Shown here piece by piece: positions 57,706 to 64,000 of a stretch of 64,000 nucleotides of DNA. Every line of letters starts with the position of its first letter. The stretch's first letter is position 1. A model generated the notes under the pieces. It had not been told where the DNA came from. It did no database searches and saw nothing but the letters and a program-made list of their open reading frames with translations. The stretch comes from an uncultured delta proteobacterium (GTDB taxonomy: Bacteria > Myxococcota > Myxococcia > SLRQ01). Where the stretch lies: NCBI GenBank assembly GCA_963727485.1, contig CAVSGM010000002.1, positions 1,280,001 to 1,344,000 on the forward strand, read 5' to 3'. The position numbers were made by a program, and so were the translations under genes.

Positions 57706-58512
57706 GTGTGTGAGCTCCTGGGCATGAGCGCCCGCCACCCCACCTGGGTGAAGGGCAGCTTCTCCGAGCTCGCCGCCCATGGCGGCGGCACCGGCCACCA
57801 CGCCGACGGCTGGGGGCTCGCGGCCTACGAAGGGCTCGACGCGCGCCTGGTCCGCGAGGCCGCCCCCGCCGCCCACTCCGCCTGCGCCCGGCTGCTGGCC
57901 TCCGGCGACCTCCACAGCCCCCTGGTGCTGGCCCACGTCCGCCGGGCCACCCGCGGCGCCCTGACCCTCGCCAACACCCAGCCCTTCTCCCGGCAGCTCG
58001 GGGGGCGGGTGCACCTGTTCGCCCACAACGGCGATCTCCCGGGCATCGCCGACGACCCCTGGTTCGCCCCGGGGTTCCACCGGCCCGTGGGGGACACCGA
58101 CTCCGAGGTCGCCTTCTGCGCCCTGCTCCGGCGCCTCGAGGGCCTCTATGCCGACGCGCCGTCGCCGGCGCCCGCCCGGCGCCTGGCCCTGGTCGCCGAG
58201 CTCGCCGAGCGCCTCCGGCCCCTGGGCCCCGCGAACTTCCTCTACGCCGACGGCGAGTACCTCTTCGCCCACGGCCACCGGCGCCACCAGGCCGACGGCA
58301 CCATCCGCGCCCCCGGGCTCCACCTCCTCCAGCGACACTGCCGCGCCGGCGGGCACCTGGCCCTCGAGGGCCTCTCGCTCGCCGCCGGCGACGCCGAGCA
58401 GGCGGTGTCCCTGGTGGCCTCGGTGCCCCTCTCCGAGGGCGAGGCCTGGCGGCCGCTGGCCGAGGGCGAGGTGGTGGCGCTTTGGGCCGGCGAGGTCGTC
58501 GACCTCGGCTGA
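57706..58512 (+). CDS. Class II glutamine amidotransferase (YafJ/EgtC-like)
   Basis: N-terminal CELLGM, HADGWG, AHVRRAT, NTQPF, AHNGDL, GDTDSE. Confidence 0.9.
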   Translation: MCELLGMSARHPTWVKGSFSELAAHGGGTGHHADGWGLAAYEGLDARLVREAAPAAHSACARLLASGDLHSPLVLAHVRRATRGALTLANTQPFSRQLGGRVHLFAHNGDLPGIADDPWFAPGFHRPVGDTDSEVAFCALLRRLEGLYADAPSPAPARRLALVAELAERLRPLGPANFLYADGEYLFAHGHRRHQADGTIRAPGLHLLQRHCRAGGHLALEGLSLAAGDAEQAVSLVASVPLSEGEAWRPLAEGEVVALWAGEVVDLG

Positions 58513-58637
58513 CGCCGGCCCGCGGCACCCCCCGGAGGGCGTTGCACGGTTGACGCAAAACCCGCGCAACCGGCTCGCGGGATCGGCCGCCGCTGCGCCG
58601 CGAAGGGGAAATGTCGCCTGTTTTCAGCGCCTCAGGA

Positions 58638-58653
58638 CGGCACGAAGGTTGCT
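58638..58653 (+). promoter_or_regulatory. Sigma54 promoter (near consensus) for the CBS gene
   Basis: CGGCACGAAGGTTGCT about 27 nt before an ATG with an AGGAGG RBS. Confidence 0.75.
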
Positions 58654-58680
58654 GTGTTCTGGCGCACAGGAGGACACGCC

Positions 58681-59535
58681 ATGCGCATTCGCGAGCTGAT
58701 GAACCCCCGGGTCTTCGCCATCCGCGACACCGATCCTGCGGGCCTGGCCCTGCAGACCATGCTCTGGGCCGGGGTCCGGCACCTGCCCGTGGTCCACGAC
58801 GGGGGGGTGGTCGGGGTGATCACCGAGCGGGACCTGCTCCGGCAGCGCGCCACCGCCGGCAACCGCGCCGCCCTCCAGTCCCCGGTGGCCGAGGCGATGA
58901 CCACGCCGGTGGAGACCACGCCCCCGGAGGCCCCGGTGGACGACGTCGCCGCCCGGATGGCCACCCTCAAGATCGGCTGCCTCCCGGTGGTCGACGACGG
59001 GGTCCTGGTGGGCATCGTCACCACCACCGACCTCCTCGCCTGGCAGGGGCGCCGGGCCTTCGACCCCACCCCCCACTCGGGGCTCACCGTCGGCGCCCTG
59101 ATGAGCCGGGAGCCGGCGTCGGTCCACGTGGGCGACGGCCTCCTCGCCGCCGCCGAGCGGATGTCCATCCTCGGGGTCCGCCACCTGCCGGTGGTCGACG
59201 AGGCGATGCAGGTGGTGGGCATCCTCTCGGACCGCGACGTGCGCATCGCCATCGGTGGCCCCCCCGACCAGCTGCGCGCCCCCCAGGCCCTGGCGCGGAT
59301 CCGGGGCATGCGGGTCGATGAGGCCATGACCGCCGAGCCCCTGACCCTCGAGACCAGCACCCCCCTGATGACCGCGGTGAGCTACCTCATCGACTGGCGC
59401 ATCGGGGCAATCCCGGTGGTGGACGACGCCGGGCGCCTCGCTGGGATCCTGTCGTACGTCGACGCCCTGCGGGGGCTGCGGGAGGTCGAGCTCCGCCGGG
59501 AGGTCGAGGCGCCGGAGAAGCGGCCGCGGGCGTAG
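58681..59535 (+). CDS. Four-CBS-domain protein
   Basis: VRHLPVV, IGCLPVVD, VRHLPVVD, IGAIPVVD. Confidence 0.9.
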   Translation: MRIRELMNPRVFAIRDTDPAGLALQTMLWAGVRHLPVVHDGGVVGVITERDLLRQRATAGNRAALQSPVAEAMTTPVETTPPEAPVDDVAARMATLKIGCLPVVDDGVLVGIVTTTDLLAWQGRRAFDPTPHSGLTVGALMSREPASVHVGDGLLAAAERMSILGVRHLPVVDEAMQVVGILSDRDVRIAIGGPPDQLRAPQALARIRGMRVDEAMTAEPLTLETSTPLMTAVSYLIDWRIGAIPVVDDAGRLAGILSYVDALRGLREVELRREVEAPEKRPRA

Positions 59536-59540
59536 GTGGC

Positions 59541-59785
59541 GGCCGGGACACCCCCGCCGGCACGAACCGGCGGGGATCCAGACCACTTTGTGTCGCGGGA
59601 CCTGTCTCGGAGGACCCGCCGGGGAGGCCGCCGGCCGGCGGCGTCACAATCGACGCGTACGTCCGGACACACTGCTCGAGGCTTCCCGAGCGGTCTCGTT
59701 GGCCCGGCACACCACTGCTGGCGCGAACCAGCCGGCATCCAGACCACTTTGTGTCGTGGGACCCGTCCCGGAGAACCCACCGGGG
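59541..59785. repeat. Two imperfect ~85-bp copies of a structured element (59541-59624 and 59701-59785)
   Basis: Identical core ATCCAGACCACTTTGTGTCG at 59576 and 59737, flanked by hairpins. Confidence 0.8.
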
Positions 59786-59830
59786 TGGTGGACCGACGTG
59801 GGTTGCCGGTACCGGCGCCGCCGCCGGCGG

Positions 59831-60940
59831 CTACCTCGCCGTGTGGCACGCCACGCAGGTGCTCGACGTATGCATCTGGCTCTCCCGGCCGGTGAAGCCG
59901 GCGGGGTGAGGGTCGCCGCCGGGGCCGCCCGGCTTGTGGCAGTTCACGCAGATGCTCGCCGCGCCCTGGTCGTGGCAGGCGGCGCACTGCTCGATGTGCA
60001 TCCGAGCCTGGAGGCCGTGGTTCTGGATCCACCCGGTGGGGTGCGGCGAGGTCGGGAGGTTCAGGTCCTTGGCCACGCCCCGGGTCTTGTCGTGGCAGTC
60101 CTTGCAGAAGGTGGTGCCGTGGCAGGTCTGGCACGTCGCCGGGTGCGCGTCGGCCTCGAGGGCGTGGCGGCCCAGCCAGTCACCCCGGTGGATGAAGTGC
60201 CGGTCGGTGCGGTCGGGCATGGACACCGAGGCGCGCACCGGCGTGGTCCGGCTGTGGCAGTCGGCGCAGAAGGTCGGGTCGTGGCAGGTGGCGCAGAGGG
60301 TGGACGAGCCCTTGGCCCAGGCCCCGTGCATCCCGAAGAACCCGGGCCCGTGCACCGCGGTGCCGGTGGAGGTGTAGGTCAGCTCCCGGAGGTTCTTGTG
60401 GCAGCTGTCGCAGGCCAGGCGATCCATCTGCTGCTGGTGGACGTGGCAGGTGCGGCACACGTTCATCTTGGGCAGGAGCCGCTCGGTGACGTGGGTCGCC
60501 GTCTGCCCGTTGGTGTGGCAGGTCAGGCAGGTCACGCCCTTCATCGCCAGGTGCGCCTTGTGGTTGAAGTGCAGCTGGATGGGCTCGGGCGGCGGCACCG
60601 CCGAGGGATCCTTGGCGTTGACGTGACACATGCCGCACTTCTTCTTGGCCTGGGCCTCGTCGTGGCACTGATAGCAGAAGTCCATCTTGGGCTTGTGCAC
60701 CGTGCCCGCCACCGTGGCGTCCTGGGCGTTGTCGTGGCAGTCGGTGCAGGCCACGCCGTTCTCGTAGTGCTTGTGGTGCGAGAAGATGAGCTGGTCGGGC
60801 TGGGGCAGCTCCCCGGGCTTGGGGAAGAGGACCACCGGTCCGGCGGGCGGGGCGGGCTTGTCCGGCTTCGCCGGCCCGGCAGCCAGCGCCGGGAGGGTCA
60901 CGGCCGCGGCGACGACGAGGGCGAGGGTGCGTCGGATCAC
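59831..60940 (-). CDS. Periplasmic multiheme cytochrome c (13 CxxCH)
   Basis: Signal peptide; 13 CxxCH motifs counted from CTDCH to CVACH. Confidence 0.92.
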   Translation of the reverse strand: MIRRTLALVVAAAVTLPALAAGPAKPDKPAPPAGPVVLFPKPGELPQPDQLIFSHHKHYENGVACTDCHDNAQDATVAGTVHKPKMDFCYQCHDEAQAKKKCGMCHVNAKDPSAVPPPEPIQLHFNHKAHLAMKGVTCLTCHTNGQTATHVTERLLPKMNVCRTCHVHQQQMDRLACDSCHKNLRELTYTSTGTAVHGPGFFGMHGAWAKGSSTLCATCHDPTFCADCHSRTTPVRASVSMPDRTDRHFIHRGDWLGRHALEADAHPATCQTCHGTTFCKDCHDKTRGVAKDLNLPTSPHPTGWIQNHGLQARMHIEQCAACHDQGAASICVNCHKPGGPGGDPHPAGFTGRESQMHTSSTCVACHTAR

Positions 60941-62259
60941 GAGCGGCCTCCCAGATCGAACTCGGTCACCAGGCGGATGAGGGCCCGGGCGTCGAAGGCG
61001 CTGACCACCGTCCGGCCGAGCTCCCCGCCGACGCCGAGGTAGACGCCCTTGGTGACCTGGTACTCCCCGAAGAGCTGGGCGGCGAGGCTCTCGCTGCCGG
61101 CCCGGGGATCGGAGAGCGGCGGCGAGTCGTAGAGCCAGGCGAGGAGATCGAGCGACGCCTGGAACTTCTCCAGCGGCCGCCACCGCCCGGAGAGGCGGAG
61201 GCTCACGTAGCCGTTGTCGCCGGTGGGCATCCGCTCCACCGCGAAGGTGGCCCAGAGCCTCGGCAGGGGATAGGCGGTGATGCGGGCCCCGTAGCGGTCC
61301 CCCTGGGCCCCGAAGCCCGCACCACTCGAGCTGGGAAAGAACACCCGGGCGTAGTGGACCTTGAGGACCCACTGCGGGGTGACCGCGTACTGCACGAAGG
61401 CCCGGGCCTCGGCGTAGTCGGAGAGGGTGAACACGCTGAAGATCGACGACTGGTCGATGAGGCGGCCGGGGCTCGCCTGGGCGGCGCCGACCCCGATGGT
61501 GAGCCGGTCGATGGGCCGCAGCCGCAGCATCGCCCGGGCCTGCATCAGCGCCCCGCCCCCGAGGAAATCCCAGGCGGCGTCGGCGACCACGTCGAAGTGG
61601 TTGGAGAGGTCGAGGGCCAGGTCGGCGCCGGCGGCGTCCCGGGCGATGACCCCGGCGCTGCGCGCCTGCATCCAGCTCACCCCGGCGTTCACCAGGCCGA
61701 AGTGGCGCAGACCCACCCGGCCCCCGACCACCCAGTCGGCGGCGGTGTAGTTCTGGAACCGCGAGCGGTCCACGTGCCCGCCGTAGACCTGGAGGTCGGC
61801 GTTGCCGTAGGACAGGCGCAGCCACCCGCCGTCGATCTGGCCGAAGTAGCCGCTGGCCGGCCCGGTGTCGACGATCTGCCGGCCCACCCGGGCGTCGAGG
61901 TGGCCCTTGGGGTCGAGGTACTGGGCGAAGAGGAGGTTCACGTCCGCGGCCGCCGGCTTGCCGGTGACCGAGTCGCCCCCGGCGCCGAGGGTGCCGCTGC
62001 CCCACACCGAGGCGTGGACCGAGAGCCCCGGGGTCCCCAGGTCGTAGCCGGTGAGCTCCAGCCACTGGTAGACCGGGTAGCCGGCCACCGGGCCCCCGTA
62101 GGCCTGCTCCTGGGCGAGGAAGAGGGTCCGGGTGTGCAGGGTGAGCCGGCCCTGGGAGGTGGCGCCGGCGGGGGCGTCCTTGGCGGTGCCGTCGTCGCCC
62201 CGGGCGGCAAAGGGCAGGGCGAGGGCCGAGGCGAGGATGATGGCGGTGAGCCGTCTCAT
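60937..62259 (-). CDS. Outer-membrane beta-barrel (porin of a porin-cytochrome complex)
   Basis: Signal peptide, amphipathic beta-strand pattern with aromatic residues, located between cytochrome genes. Confidence 0.7.
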   Translation of the reverse strand: MRRLTAIILASALALPFAARGDDGTAKDAPAGATSQGRLTLHTRTLFLAQEQAYGGPVAGYPVYQWLELTGYDLGTPGLSVHASVWGSGTLGAGGDSVTGKPAAADVNLLFAQYLDPKGHLDARVGRQIVDTGPASGYFGQIDGGWLRLSYGNADLQVYGGHVDRSRFQNYTAADWVVGGRVGLRHFGLVNAGVSWMQARSAGVIARDAAGADLALDLSNHFDVVADAAWDFLGGGALMQARAMLRLRPIDRLTIGVGAAQASPGRLIDQSSIFSVFTLSDYAEARAFVQYAVTPQWVLKVHYARVFFPSSSGAGFGAQGDRYGARITAYPLPRLWATFAVERMPTGDNGYVSLRLSGRWRPLEKFQASLDLLAWLYDSPPLSDPRAGSESLAAQLFGEYQVTKGVYLGVGGELGRTVVSAFDARALIRLVTEFDLGGRS

Positions 62260-63857
62260 TGGCCGACCTCCACGATGCCGTCGATGTGCTTGGACTTGTC
62301 GACCCAGTGGAAGTTGTCGTCGATCACCTGGCCGTGGCAGCCGCCGCAGGTGGTCGCCTGCGGGTGGGGGCTCCCGTCCATCTTGAGCTTGGGCGGGGTC
62401 CCGTGGCAGGTGCCGCAGACCACCTGGGCCTTGGGATCGTTCCACACCGGGCTGGTCGTCGGGCCCCCGGGGAGGCCGGCGCCGTGGCACCAGACGTTCT
62501 GGCAGGTGCCGGTGGTCGGGTCGAAGGTGGGGTCGAGGCCCCCGGCGGCGGCGACGCCCGTGAGGTGGACCAGCTGGTCCTTGGTGGCGTCGAGGTGCCC
62601 GGGGTCGCCGACCTTGGCCGGCACCGTGTGGCAGATGTCGCAGGTGGCCGCGACCCGCGCCGCGCCCTCGGAGAGGTGCGCGTCATGGGCGCCCACGGTC
62701 ATCAGGCTGGGGTCGGTGTTGCCGTCGGGGTCGCGGAAGGGCACCGGGTCGCTCGGGCCGGCGTGGCAGCCGCTGCACGAGTCGGTGTTCGCCCGGACCT
62801 CGATGATCCCGTCGTTGTGGAGCTCGGGGCGGGCGATGGTCATCCCCGGGCCCGCGGTGGCGTGGCAGATCTGGCACTCGGTGGACTGGGGGTGGAGGGT
62901 CACGCCGTCGGGCATGAACGGCGGCGGGGTCCCGTGGCAGGCGCCGCACTTGCCCGCGGCGTCGCCGCTGTTCCAGCTCGGCGAGGTGAGGGTGCCACCG
63001 GTGAGGCCGAAGCCGTGGCAGGCGACGTTCACGCACTGCCCGGTGCTCGCGTCGAAGGAGGGGGTGGCGCCCCGGGCCAGGGCCAGGCCGGAGAAGGTCA
63101 CCCGGGCCTTGGCGTCGGGGTGGATGTGGACCGGGTCGTCGAAGCGCTTGGGCACCTGGTGGCAGTCGGTGCAGCTCACCCCGAGGAAGCCCTCGTCGGC
63201 GTGCTGGTGGCTCTCGTGGGCCCCGCCGGCGGAGAACAGCGGCCCCGGCGGCGGCCACCCGTCGGCGGTGGTGCCGTGGCAGGTGTTGCAGGCCTCGGGG
63301 GTGGAGGCGTGGCAGCGCAGGCACGAGGCCTGCTCGCCGAACTGCCCGCCGTCGTAGGCGGCGCCGTGGCAGTTGCGGCAGCTCGCCATCGTCCACCCCT
63401 CCCGGGCCACCCGGCGCCCGTGGAAGTCCGTGTCCTGGGGGTTGAGGATCCCCGGGGGGTGGAAGAACGACTCGAAGTACCCGAGCTTGTCGGCGACCAC
63501 CCACTGGGTGAGCATCGCCAGGCGCTTCGCCCGGGTGGGGGCGTCGGCGGCGAGGTAGGTGGCGTGGTCCCCGCTGGCCAGCTTGGTGAGCAGGAGGCTG
63601 GTGCCGTCCCCGGCGATGAGGTTGGGGGTGGCGTCGCTCCCGCCGCCGAGGGCGTGCTCGTAGGTGTCCAGGGCGTAGCTGCCCGCCGGGGTGTCCCCGG
63701 CGTGGCAGCTCGTGCACTGGGCGGCGAAGAGCGGCTTGACGTCCTTCACCCAGGTCACCGGCGGGGCCGGGGCCTTCCGGGCGGTGGAGCAGGCGGTCGA
63801 TAGGGCCAGGAGCGCGACCGCCGCGCCCCAGCCCCGTCTCGTCGGGGGGCGTCGCAT
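62256..63857 (-). CDS. Multiheme cytochrome c lipoprotein (11 CxxCH + 2 CxxxxCH)
   Basis: Lipobox LSTAC; CVNVACH..CGACH and CQNVWCH..CGTCH paired motifs. Confidence 0.9.
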   Translation of the reverse strand: MRRPPTRRGWGAAVALLALSTACSTARKAPAPPVTWVKDVKPLFAAQCTSCHAGDTPAGSYALDTYEHALGGGSDATPNLIAGDGTSLLLTKLASGDHATYLAADAPTRAKRLAMLTQWVVADKLGYFESFFHPPGILNPQDTDFHGRRVAREGWTMASCRNCHGAAYDGGQFGEQASCLRCHASTPEACNTCHGTTADGWPPPGPLFSAGGAHESHQHADEGFLGVSCTDCHQVPKRFDDPVHIHPDAKARVTFSGLALARGATPSFDASTGQCVNVACHGFGLTGGTLTSPSWNSGDAAGKCGACHGTPPPFMPDGVTLHPQSTECQICHATAGPGMTIARPELHNDGIIEVRANTDSCSGCHAGPSDPVPFRDPDGNTDPSLMTVGAHDAHLSEGAARVAATCDICHTVPAKVGDPGHLDATKDQLVHLTGVAAAGGLDPTFDPTTGTCQNVWCHGAGLPGGPTTSPVWNDPKAQVVCGTCHGTPPKLKMDGSPHPQATTCGGCHGQVIDDNFHWVDKSKHIDGIVEVGQ

Positions 63858-64000
63858 CAGGGCGTCTTGGTGTGGACCACGTCGACGCCGAAGGCCTGGC
63901 CCGCGCCGTGGCAGACCTCGCAGGACTCGACACCGGAGGCCGTGGTGTTCAGGGCCGCGTGGGCCGCGGTGGCGGCGCTGTCGTGGCAGGTCAGACAGGG
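63857..64000 (-). CDS. C-terminus of a multiheme cytochrome, OmcA/MtrC-like (partial)
   Basis: PCLTCHDSAATAAHAALNTTASGVESCEVCHGAGQAFGVDVVHTKTP-stop. Confidence 0.75.
   Translation of the reverse strand, partial: PCLTCHDSAATAAHAALNTTASGVESCEVCHGAGQAFGVDVVHTKTP

Noticed and set aside
59541..59785. CRISPR array
   Set aside because: Only two copies, unit about 85 bp, period 161 bp, and no cas genes in the window.
1..64000. tRNA or rRNA genes
   Set aside because: None recognised by eye; a tRNAscan-SE/Infernal run would be needed to exclude them.

Overview
Very GC-rich bacterial DNA. The gene content (Cys-rich lipoproteins, an RpoH-like sigma factor, CarH, multiheme cytochromes) suggests Myxococcota/Deltaproteobacteria; this is an inference. 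Left to right: a carotenoid locus (crtC, crtD, crtE) with a PAS/GAF histidine kinase and a CarH-type B12 photoreceptor; several small metabolic genes; an sqr-tusE-dsrE sulfur module; and a ~20 kb tightly coupled minus-strand operon in which a group 1 [NiFe]-hydrogenase and its hyp genes run directly into a complete V/A-type ATPase. Next come DUF1800/DUF1501, a lower-GC islet with hicB and hicA separated by a winged-helix gene and an origin-like repeat region, a GGDEF-EAL gene and a glutamine synthetase-like gene. These are followed by a tandem array of five uncharacterised membrane-anchored zinc-ribbon paralogs, TetR/nitroreductase, COX15, an RpoH-like sigma factor and CBS-domain genes behind sigma54 promoters. 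The window ends with a duplicated structured intergenic element and a porin-multiheme cytochrome cluster running off the right edge. Many apparent single-base frameshifts probably reflect assembly error. The best candidates for something undescribed are the five-paralog array, the hydrogenase/V-ATPase operon, the split HicBA islet and the covarying repeat at 59.5-59.8 kb. All calls come from reading motifs by eye; no database search was run.
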